A stretch of 33,538 nt of DNA from an uncultured bacterium (GTDB lineage Bacteria > Hydrogenedentota > Hydrogenedentia > Hydrogenedentales > JAEUWI01). The translations under genes and the position numbers were made by a program. The notes under the pieces are model-generated. The model saw only the letters and a list, made by a program, of their open reading frames with translations. It had not been told where the DNA came from and made no database searches. The number at the start of each line of letters is the position of its first letter. Position 1 is the first letter of the stretch. Location: the NCBI GenBank assembly GCA_963977445.1, contig CAXBPH010000047.1, forward strand, positions 1 through 33,538. Reading direction: 5' to 3'. This document shows positions 9,656-17,909 of this stretch, one piece after another.

Positions 9656-10324
9656 ATGACTATTAACGTTCGTGATTTTGATTCTAAAGATGCCCTGCTT
9701 GCTGAAGTGGAGGCGTTGATTCGCTCCACCCTTTCCAAATCCTCCGAGCGGGAATACGCCCTGATGGTGTCGGGGGGGAATACCCCCTTGCCTGTGTACG
9801 CCGCAATTGCCGCCGACCCCATCGAAGCGTCACCCCAAGCCTATCTGGCCTTTACGGATGACCGGTATGTACCCATCGATTCTCCCGACAGCAACTTCGG
9901 GAATGCCCGCGCCATGATTGAGGCGGTCGGCTTGGCCGAGCGCACCATACGCATTAACCCGGATCTCGATATAGAAGCCTGTGCCGCCCGGTATGACGCC
10001 GATTTGGCGGCTTTCCTGGCCCGTGGTGCATCCATCCCTGTAGCGCTGCTGGGCCTTGGGGCAGACGGTCACACGTGTTCGCTATTTAATGACACGGATC
10101 TGGCCCGCGCGGAGAATTGTTTAGCAGCGCCCGCCTACAAGGAAAGCCCGCCGGACCGTATTACGGTGAGCCCGAAATTGCTTGCCCAGGTAGGTGAAAT
10201 TATATTCGTGGTGGCCGGCGACGACAAGGCCGAGATGATCGATGCCTTAATTAACAACCCCGATTCCATAACGGCTGGCAAAGCTGTTTCACAATGTGCG
10301 TCCGTTTCCCTTTGGCGGGTCTAG
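9656..10324 (+). CDS. pgl: 6-phosphogluconolactonase
   Basis: SGGNTP, DDRYVP...DSNF, LGLGADGHTCSLF, RIT; directly after zwf. Confidence 0.92.
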   Translation: MTINVRDFDSKDALLAEVEALIRSTLSKSSEREYALMVSGGNTPLPVYAAIAADPIEASPQAYLAFTDDRYVPIDSPDSNFGNARAMIEAVGLAERTIRINPDLDIEACAARYDADLAAFLARGASIPVALLGLGADGHTCSLFNDTDLARAENCLAAPAYKESPPDRITVSPKLLAQVGEIIFVVAGDDKAEMIDALINNPDSITAGKAVSQCASVSLWRV

Positions 10325-10352
10325 AGGACGCTAACTGAGGCGGTGGAAACAT

Positions 10353-11483
10353 GTGTTTCCTCCGCAGCTATCCGCAAGTCAGAGGCCAATGAGAAATCGC
10401 GGACGAAATGTATCAGTCTGGATTCAGGGCGCTATCCGTGTATCTATGGGTATGGTGCTCTGCATGACGGCCCTGAGCGCCCGCGGGGATGTATTGGAAA
10501 CGGCGGGCGGGGAGTCTCTCTCCGGCCAGCTTACCCGTATCGTCGACGGTATACTCGTCTTTCGAACCTCCCTCAAGGGTCAGATGATGGTTCCCATGGG
10601 GGAAGTGCAATCTGTCCGGACCGATGCGCGCTGGATAATAACCCTGCGGGACGGCGCGGTTTATATTGGCCAGTTTGCCGACGGGGGCGTACTCGAAGAT
10701 GGCAGGCCGAGCGAGACGACGCCCCTTTCCATGCTCCTCATTGATTCGGCCAAGCTGGCCCCGCCATTGCCCGCGAAGTCCCAACCGGACTGGTCGGAGA
10801 ATAAACGGTGGGGTCACCAGATGGCCACCGGCGTTTCGTCCCATTGGGGCACGGAAGAATCGGTAAAGCCCTTTGCAGAGTGGATAGGGACTCGCCAGAC
10901 GGAGCGCAGTGAACTCGCCCTGCGCTTTCGTTTTGATTTGTCCGCCTATGACGATCTGGGAGACTATCTGCGGGCGGATGCCTTGTGGTTTGGCCGTAAT
11001 TCCGGGGCCTGGTCGCCTTTTGCCGCTGTCAGCGTGGGGCGCAACGTGGAAGAAGCTATCGACTGGCGCACCGGACTCACCATCGGGCTTCGTCACGAAT
11101 TCGCATCGGGGGCAGATGTCGAGACAGCCGTCTATGGGGGATTCACGGCAACCGAAAGCGATTGGGAAGGCATCGGGCGGGATTTTCCGTGGTTTCTCCG
11201 TCACCCCCCGACGGAAGAGCGTGATTTACGACTCTATCTTGGTCTCTCTCACGCCCAGCCGGTGTGGGGCGGCGGTCGTTGGGACGGACGGCTATCCCTC
11301 ATGCCCCAATTGTCCACGTCCAGCAATTTTCGTGCAGAGCTGGAATCGGCACTTACCTATCCATTGACCACGCAACTCCGTTTGCGGCTGGATGTGTTGA
11401 TTACGTTTGAAGAAGAGCCCGAGTTTGCCCCCGTGAATTCCATTGATACCCGCGTGGGAGCAAGTGTACAGTTTCAGTTTTGA
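10353..11483 (+). CDS. DUF481-like outer-membrane beta-barrel protein
   Basis: Signal peptide (ALSARG/D), N-terminal 'G+.LSG.L.....G.L.F.T' small domain, amphipathic beta strands, C-terminal SVQFQF; start uncertain. Confidence 0.65.
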   Translation: MFPPQLSASQRPMRNRGRNVSVWIQGAIRVSMGMVLCMTALSARGDVLETAGGESLSGQLTRIVDGILVFRTSLKGQMMVPMGEVQSVRTDARWIITLRDGAVYIGQFADGGVLEDGRPSETTPLSMLLIDSAKLAPPLPAKSQPDWSENKRWGHQMATGVSSHWGTEESVKPFAEWIGTRQTERSELALRFRFDLSAYDDLGDYLRADALWFGRNSGAWSPFAAVSVGRNVEEAIDWRTGLTIGLRHEFASGADVETAVYGGFTATESDWEGIGRDFPWFLRHPPTEERDLRLYLGLSHAQPVWGGGRWDGRLSLMPQLSTSSNFRAELESALTYPLTTQLRLRLDVLITFEEEPEFAPVNSIDTRVGASVQFQF

Positions 11484-11518
11484 TTGATGGTGCTGTGCCG
11501 CCGTCGAATGGGCAGTAA

Positions 11519-12541
11519 ATGAATTGGAGAATCAGGTTTATGAAATTCTGGCCAGCAGGTGCCGCGCGCCTCGCAGAATTGGTACTCGGTTTGACCTACC
11601 TGACGGCAGCGATGCTGAAGGCAGTCGATATCAACGCCTTCCTGCCGCAGATACACGCCTATCAGATAGTCAGTTCGAGTAGTCAACTCGTTGCCATCGC
11701 CCTGACCGCCCTGGCCCTGGAAACGGCGTTGGGCGTGTGCATGGTGCTTGGGACGCCCCGGCGAAACCTGGTTTTCGGGCTCGGCGCCGCCATGTTGTGC
11801 TTTTTTACGGCTGTCATTGTGTATGCCTGGCAGGTCAATGGCCTTGAAGATTGCGGCTGCTTTGGTAAAGTTAAGTTTACCCCGCCCCAGGCTATCGGTA
11901 AGAATCTCGTCATGTTGGCCCTGACGGGGTTGGCCTGGTATGGCCTGGTGTGGCGGACGAAGAATCCCGAACCCATTCGGGGAGGCGTGTTGCGCATGGT
12001 TTCTGCCGTCATCCTGGCGGCAATCGTATGCGTGGCGGTTGTGCCGCAACTGGGAACTACCGAGGTAATTGAGGTGCCAACGACACCTGGTGGCGGGGGC
12101 GAAGCGACGCCCAACGAGCCTGTGGGGCCTTTTTCGGGGTATGTCATCCAATCTGACTACGGAGACACCTTCGATCTCAGCAAAGGAGACCATCTGGTGG
12201 CCCTGCTGAGCATGACCTGCGATCATTGTATGGATTCGGTGCCTCAGCTCAATGAATTTGCCTTTGACAATACCCTGCCCCCCTTGGTTGCGATATGTCT
12301 GGAGCCGGAAGAGGGCAGCATGGCCGAGTTTAAAATGATTACCCAGCCCCAGTTTCCCCTCTTTTCCATTGGCGACAAAGGATTAAAGTTCTTCCCCTTG
12401 TTGGAGACCGCATCGAGTCCGCCACGGTTGGTTCACGTCCGCGATGGGGTAACGGTGCAATCCTGGGACGGGGAAATGCCCGATTATGCGACACTTGTAG
12501 AGGCCCTTTCGAGCGCAGGATTTGCGCAAAGTGAGAAATAA
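11519..12541 (+). CDS. MauE/DoxX-family membrane protein fused to a thioredoxin-like CxxC domain
   Basis: About 5 TM helices with the DCGCFG signature, then a soluble domain with SMTCDHC and a distal PP. Confidence 0.8.
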   Translation: MNWRIRFMKFWPAGAARLAELVLGLTYLTAAMLKAVDINAFLPQIHAYQIVSSSSQLVAIALTALALETALGVCMVLGTPRRNLVFGLGAAMLCFFTAVIVYAWQVNGLEDCGCFGKVKFTPPQAIGKNLVMLALTGLAWYGLVWRTKNPEPIRGGVLRMVSAVILAAIVCVAVVPQLGTTEVIEVPTTPGGGGEATPNEPVGPFSGYVIQSDYGDTFDLSKGDHLVALLSMTCDHCMDSVPQLNEFAFDNTLPPLVAICLEPEEGSMAEFKMITQPQFPLFSIGDKGLKFFPLLETASSPPRLVHVRDGVTVQSWDGEMPDYATLVEALSSAGFAQSEK

Positions 12542-12813
12542 AAGGGATATGTGCAATCTACTTCAAATTCGCTGGATTGTTACTTTGCATAATTTAGAGC
12601 GATTTGCTATCATCATTTTCCTGTGTTTACTTGGGTCGAAGGTAGAATGGCTGGTATGCCGTCCATATTGACGTATCCCGGGTTGTCAGAGTACGAAGCG
12701 TTTTCATAAAAATATTTTCTGGTCATCCATAGAGTGTGCAAAATACTCCGTTTTGGGGGTTTTGCAGGTAGTATCGCCTCTGGGCGCGCAAACCACACGA
12801 AAGGCCTCATTCT

Positions 12814-13758
12814 GTGTCTGTAGTAATCGAAACGAAGGGACTTTCGAAGATCTACGAGAGTTCGTTCCGAGGGCAGGATGTTCATGCCCTCAAGGAACTG
12901 GACCTCACCGTAAAATCGGGAGAGATCTTCGCCTACCTGGGACCGAATGGTTCGGGTAAGACGACAACGATTAAGATGCTTCTGGGGCTTATTTTCCCCA
13001 CATCGGGAAGCATCGAAATACTTGGGTTAAAGGATATTGCATCGGCAAAGGTGCGCCAGAATATTGGCTACCTTCCTGAAGGTGCCTATTACCCCGACTT
13101 CCTCAAAGGCGAAGAAATTCTGCGCTTTTATGGCCAACTCTATGGGTTGGGGGGTAAAAAGCTTGAAATCCGTATTTCCGAAGTGCTGGAGGAAGTGGGC
13201 ATGACCCACGCCCGCAAGCGCTTACTTCGGGGCTATTCCAAGGGTATGCGCCAGCGCATCGGCCTGGCCCAGGCCCTTATCAGCGATCCACAGATTCTGA
13301 TTCTGGACGAGCCGACCACCGGTCTGGACCCCATTGCCCGTAAGGAGATGCGTGATATTCTTGCCCGTCTTCGTGATCGGGGCAAAACCCTCATGATTTC
13401 AAGTCACGAGCTGCTGGAAGTAGAACTTATCAGCGACCGGGCTGGAATTCTCTATCAGGGCGTGCTTCAGAATCTGGGTACCATCGACGAGTTGTTGACG
13501 GACCGGGATTTGACCATCGAAGTGGCGAGCGCTTCGGAAAGTGATCTCAGTGTGTTGGCGGAGAAAGGAATCACCCAGGAAGATCGGGTGGCCGGCAAAA
13601 TGATTCTCCGTGTTGCCAACACGCTCAGCGCCTATGATGCGCTGGAGATATGCAAAGCGCAAAATTTGGAGTTAGTGAGTGTCGCGCCCCGGCGTGAAAC
13701 CTTGGAAGAACTCTTTGTCCGCACCGTCGGTGAAGCACAAAATCGGAGTATCGCCTAA
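12814..13758 (+). CDS. ABC transporter ATP-binding protein (PilH/XapD-like)
   Basis: GPNGSGKTT, YSKGMRQR signature, LILDEPTTGLDP, SSH. Confidence 0.95.
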   Translation: MSVVIETKGLSKIYESSFRGQDVHALKELDLTVKSGEIFAYLGPNGSGKTTTIKMLLGLIFPTSGSIEILGLKDIASAKVRQNIGYLPEGAYYPDFLKGEEILRFYGQLYGLGGKKLEIRISEVLEEVGMTHARKRLLRGYSKGMRQRIGLAQALISDPQILILDEPTTGLDPIARKEMRDILARLRDRGKTLMISSHELLEVELISDRAGILYQGVLQNLGTIDELLTDRDLTIEVASASESDLSVLAEKGITQEDRVAGKMILRVANTLSAYDALEICKAQNLELVSVAPRRETLEELFVRTVGEAQNRSIA

Positions 13759-14609
13759 TGTCGGCTGTAGTAGATTATTTTCGCGGTCCCTGGTGTATCG
13801 CCGTCTTTACGTGGCGGGAAGGGATTCGTAAGAAGACCCTCGTAGGCTTTCTTATCCTCAGTCTGCTTGTGATTTTCGGTTCCTTCTTCATGTCGTCTTT
13901 TCTTAATCAGACGACGGGTGGTGGACAGGTCGAGACAGAAATTGACGCCAAGCTCATTAAAGATATCTGCGTGGCAACGATTTCTATTTTCGGCATGTTG
14001 ATAACCATCTTTATTTCGGCGTCTGTTGTGCCAAACGAAGTAGAAAACAAAGTGGTTTATACCGTGCTCTCCAAACCGGTTCGCCGGATGCAGTATCTGC
14101 TTGGAAAGTTCATGGGTGTACAACTTATCGTCCTGGCGAACTTGTTGCTGATGACCTTGTTATTTATCAGTGCCATTTACATCAGACAGGATGAGTTTCC
14201 CAAACTGCTCCTGTGGTCGGCCTTATTGACCTACTTTGAGTTTCTCATCGTTTCGTCCTTTACCTTCGCCATTTCCTGTGCGGCAAGTTCTGCGGTATTG
14301 CCAACGATCGGTGGGTTGTTCATTTACCTGACCGGCAATCTAACGGAATACCTGAGTGACGTCAGCAACCGTTCCGACGAAGCTGAATTTTTCAGCGCCA
14401 TGATCGGTAACGTGGCGGATGCGCTCTACAATATTCTGCCCAATCTCCAGAAATTCAGTATCAAGACGGAAATCCTTGCCCTGAGTCCCGGTGCGCCACT
14501 TTCGCCGGAGAAGTATGAGCAGATTCCCAATCTGATTCTTTACGGTATTGCCTACGCCGTATCTGGATATGTGCTTGCGTATTGGGTCTTCCGCCGTAAG
14601 GAGCTGTAG
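13758..14609 (+). CDS. ABC-2 type permease (PilI/XapB-like)
   Basis: Six hydrophobic segments; EVENKVVYTVLSKPVRRMQYLLGKFMG motif; ends FRRKEL; start overlaps the ATPase stop (TAATG). Confidence 0.9.
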   Translation: MSAVVDYFRGPWCIAVFTWREGIRKKTLVGFLILSLLVIFGSFFMSSFLNQTTGGGQVETEIDAKLIKDICVATISIFGMLITIFISASVVPNEVENKVVYTVLSKPVRRMQYLLGKFMGVQLIVLANLLLMTLLFISAIYIRQDEFPKLLLWSALLTYFEFLIVSSFTFAISCAASSAVLPTIGGLFIYLTGNLTEYLSDVSNRSDEAEFFSAMIGNVADALYNILPNLQKFSIKTEILALSPGAPLSPEKYEQIPNLILYGIAYAVSGYVLAYWVFRRKEL

Positions 14610-14616
14610 TCATCCT

Positions 14617-16059
14617 ATGAAGAAGTATCCTAACTTAACACTCGCGGCCATCATGTGTTTCGCTATATTGGTCGGCTCTATTCAAGGCCAACGTCTTGAT
14701 CGACTCTTTGAAGTGGAGGCCTTCCTTCAGTGGATGGCCGCCGCCGCTGCCAATGAACGGCTCGATTTCGACGAATCCACGGAACACGAGGATAGTGCAC
14801 TTTACAGCGAGGTCGTCGCTGCGACCCAGGATCAGGTTGCGGCAGAAGTGACCGGCGAGCTGGAAGAGGGGCACAATGCCCTCAGCGAAGCGCTGGAAGA
14901 CAGCAAGTATGACGCCTTCTTGTATAAAATGGCGAAGAGCGATGAGCTTAAGCCACTGCGCGATGAGTTTCTTGAGTCGCTGCGCAGTGGAAAGCTGCGC
15001 TATACACAGAATGTGACCTACGCAGCGGTTGTGAGCGGCATGGAAGGGCAGGGGTCGGTCAGTATCTTCAACCTCTTCTTTGGATTCCGTAAAGTCGCCG
15101 CAAACTTTGTCTGGTTGCAGGTTGACCGTTACTGGCACGCTGGATTGCTTCATCGGATGATTCCGTTGATGAAGACCTGTGTGCTTCTGGATCCCGGGTT
15201 TGTTGATGCCTACCTGCTTGGCTCTTGGCATCTGGGATACAACGTGACTGCGAGTATGGATTTTACGCCCTATCCGCTGCGCACGTGGAGTGACAAGTAC
15301 CAGGACTGCATCGGTGATCAGCAGAATTACTACTACATCGCCGTGGATTTCCTGAAAGACGGTATCCGGAATAATCCCCGAAATTACAAGTTGTATTTCG
15401 ACCTGGGATTCTCCATGTATCGGGAAAAACTTAATGACACAGAGAATGCGGTCAAGTACCTGACCCGTGCGGCCCGTTTGCCCCACGAACGTTGGGTGCC
15501 CCGGATGCTCTACAAGTGTCTGGAAGAAAACGGTGATTACGAGAAAGCCCTGGAAGGCTGGAAAATCAATTTAGAACGCTTTCCGGGACACGAGGTGACG
15601 TTGCGCTCCATTGAACGCATCCATGGCCTCATCGCCGAGCGCAATGCCCAGCAGGCCCGAATGAAGGCCAAAGGGACCACGGACCCGGTTGAGCGGGAAA
15701 ATCTCATGTCTGAATACCGCGCCCACGTGGCGGAGGCCCGTGCCATCTGGGAAAAGATGAACGAGCCATTTTCGGTCGGTCGCTTGCTCCGCTTGGATGC
15801 CATCGATCGGGCGGACAAGGGACTGTATCTGGAAGCGGTAAGTCTTCTGGACAAAGGTCGCTATGAGACGGGTTCACTTTTTGATGAGTTTTCCAATCTC
15901 ATCATTGAGTTCAAGCATGCCGGTGGTCTGCCCCTTTCCCTCTCCGAACAGAAGCAAATGATTCGTGAAGAAGAAAGCACCAGTTGTATTGGTATGCCGG
16001 AATCGGTCCGCCAGGAACGTCTGATTGCCTATCAGGAGAGTCAGCAGCCCACAATCTAA
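14617..16059 (+). CDS. Membrane-anchored TPR-like protein (PilG/XapA-like ABC partner)
   Basis: RBS AAGGAG then ATG 14617; N-terminal anchor; GFRKVAANFVWLQ, LLDPGFVDAY and GIRNNPRNYKLYFDLGF TPR-like helices. Confidence 0.75.
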   Translation: MKKYPNLTLAAIMCFAILVGSIQGQRLDRLFEVEAFLQWMAAAAANERLDFDESTEHEDSALYSEVVAATQDQVAAEVTGELEEGHNALSEALEDSKYDAFLYKMAKSDELKPLRDEFLESLRSGKLRYTQNVTYAAVVSGMEGQGSVSIFNLFFGFRKVAANFVWLQVDRYWHAGLLHRMIPLMKTCVLLDPGFVDAYLLGSWHLGYNVTASMDFTPYPLRTWSDKYQDCIGDQQNYYYIAVDFLKDGIRNNPRNYKLYFDLGFSMYREKLNDTENAVKYLTRAARLPHERWVPRMLYKCLEENGDYEKALEGWKINLERFPGHEVTLRSIERIHGLIAERNAQQARMKAKGTTDPVERENLMSEYRAHVAEARAIWEKMNEPFSVGRLLRLDAIDRADKGLYLEAVSLLDKGRYETGSLFDEFSNLIIEFKHAGGLPLSLSEQKQMIREEESTSCIGMPESVRQERLIAYQESQQPTI

Positions 16060-16085
16060 GGGGTTATTAGCTAAGAACGTGATAC

Positions 16086-16126
16086 CGGGTGAGCCTGCTG
16101 AAATTCAGCATGGCTCACTCGTTTTT
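16086..16126 (+). terminator. Intrinsic terminator after the ABC/TPR operon
   Basis: Hairpin CGGGTGAGCC-TGCTGAA...TTCAGCA-TGGCTCACTCG followed by TTTTT. Confidence 0.7.
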
Positions 16127-16144
16127 CAGGGGTAATTAATTTTC

Positions 16145-16813
16145 GTGAGCGAAGCAAAAAAAATCGGCCAGAATCTGGCCACCATACAGTCTCAAATTGC
16201 GTCGGCGGCCCAGCGTTCCAGACGTGACGCGTCGGCTATTACCCTCGTTGCGGTTACGAAGTCCGTTGGCCTCGATGAAATACGCATACTGCGAGACTTG
16301 GGTATCACCCATTTCGGTGAAAACCGCGTGGATATCGCCCGTGAGAAGATAGAGACCCTGTCGGATACGTCGCTCACCTGGCACATGATTGGCAACGTGC
16401 AGCGACGAAAGGCTAAAGAAGTCCTTCAGCTTTTTGATACTATAGACGCCATTGATCGAATCTCCCTTGCAGCGACCTTGCAGCGGCATGGTGAAGGGGA
16501 AGATCGTTTGTGTCGGGGGCTGGTGGAGGTGAATGTGTCCGGAGAGGCCCAGAAGCACGGGTTTTCCCCCGATAATCTTGCAGAGGGTCTGGCCGAAATT
16601 ACTGCAATGGACCGGATACAAATCGACGGGTTGTTGACCATGGCGCCGTACACAGCGGATCGTGAGGCGTTGATGGCCCTGTTTGGCACCCTGCGGACAC
16701 TGGCAGAAGCGTTTAGACTCCCGGTTGTCAGCATGGGTATGAGTAGAGATTTTGAAGAGGCGATCGAGGCGGGAGCGACCCAGGTACGGATCGGCCGTTC
16801 ATTATTTGCTTAG
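16145..16813 (+). CDS. yggS: PLP homeostasis protein (YggS/PLPBP family)
   Basis: LVAVTK, FGENRV, WHMIGNVQRRK, VEVNVSGE..KHGF, SMGMSRDFEEAIEAGATQVRIGRSLF. Confidence 0.96.
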   Translation: MSEAKKIGQNLATIQSQIASAAQRSRRDASAITLVAVTKSVGLDEIRILRDLGITHFGENRVDIAREKIETLSDTSLTWHMIGNVQRRKAKEVLQLFDTIDAIDRISLAATLQRHGEGEDRLCRGLVEVNVSGEAQKHGFSPDNLAEGLAEITAMDRIQIDGLLTMAPYTADREALMALFGTLRTLAEAFRLPVVSMGMSRDFEEAIEAGATQVRIGRSLFA

Positions 16814-16890
16814 GTACGGAAACGACACATAGATGTGGAACATCGCGGTGGTGATGACTGCCGCGAAGCGATAGAAGGAAAGTAGCTTTC

Positions 16891-17907
16891 ATGAAAGAAC
16901 AACTCGAGGCTCTCCAGGCCCAGGCGCTCGAAAAGATCGCCCAGGTGGCTGATCTGGCCGCGTTGGAAGAAACACGCGTCAATTTTCTGGGACGGAAGGG
17001 AGCCGTAACGGAAATACTGCGTGGTCTCGGGAAAGTGGCTGCCGAAGACCGCCCCGCCATGGGACAGCTCGCCAACGTGGTGAAAGACGCCATCGGATCC
17101 GCTCTCGACGGACGTAAGAGCGACCTGTCGGTCACCGCCGATGCAGCCCGAGAGGCGAGTGAGGCGATTGACCTTTCTCTGCCCGGACGTCGCCCAAAGG
17201 GCGGGCATGTCCACATGGTCAACCAAGTGACCGAAGAGATTATCGATATCTTTGCCGGACTGGGTTTCCAGGTGGCGGTGGGGCCGGATATTGAGACGGA
17301 GTTTTACAATTTTGATAGCTTGAATACGCCTGCAGATCACCCGGCCCGTGATTCTCACGATACCTTCTTCGTGAAACCCGGCGTCGTGCTGCGTACCCAC
17401 ACGTCCCCCGTGCAGATGCGCGTGATGGAACAGGTCAAGCCCCCCGTGGCGGTCCTTGCACCAGGTCGTGTCTATCGGGTGGACTACGATGCCAGCCATA
17501 GCCCCATGTTCAATCAGATCGAAGGACTCCTCGTGGATGAAGGGGTAACCTTTTCCGACCTGAAGGGCACCCTGATGCATTTCGTGCATCATCTTTTTGG
17601 CAAGAACACAAAAGTGCGTTTTCGTCCCCATTTCTTTCCCTTTACGGAGCCTTCCGCCGAAATGGACATTAGTTGTACCGTTTGCTCGGGTTCGGGATGT
17701 CGCCTGTGTAAGAACAGTGGCTGGCTCGAAGCGTTGGGCTGTGGGATGGTGCACCCGGAAGTTTTCAAGCATGCGAACTACGACTACGAGAAGTATTCCG
17801 GTTTTGCATTTGGCTTGGGTATTGACCGCATCGCCATGTTGCGCCATGCCGTGCCCAGCATCAATCACCTCTACGATAATGACCTTCGTTTCCTGGAGCA
17901 GTTTTAA
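16891..17907 (+). CDS. pheS: Phenylalanyl-tRNA synthetase alpha subunit
   Basis: NFDSLNTPADHPARDSHDTF, LRTHTSPVQ, RFRPHFFPFTEPSAE, GFAFGLGIDR; CxxC-x4-CxxC insert. Confidence 0.99.
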   Translation: MKEQLEALQAQALEKIAQVADLAALEETRVNFLGRKGAVTEILRGLGKVAAEDRPAMGQLANVVKDAIGSALDGRKSDLSVTADAAREASEAIDLSLPGRRPKGGHVHMVNQVTEEIIDIFAGLGFQVAVGPDIETEFYNFDSLNTPADHPARDSHDTFFVKPGVVLRTHTSPVQMRVMEQVKPPVAVLAPGRVYRVDYDASHSPMFNQIEGLLVDEGVTFSDLKGTLMHFVHHLFGKNTKVRFRPHFFPFTEPSAEMDISCTVCSGSGCRLCKNSGWLEALGCGMVHPEVFKHANYDYEKYSGFAFGLGIDRIAMLRHAVPSINHLYDNDLRFLEQF

Positions 17908-17909
17908 TC

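Noticed and set aside
12785..12813. c-di-GMP-I riboswitch (GCAAACCACACGAAAGG)
   Set aside because: The stem after GAAA does not close and the second hairpin is absent.
16814..16890. T-box or PheM attenuator before pheS
   Set aside because: Only 77 bp with one hairpin; no T-box motif or Phe-rich leader peptide.
17670..17712. CxxC-x4-CxxC insert in PheS as a novelty
   Set aside because: A common feature of PheS in many bacterial phyla.
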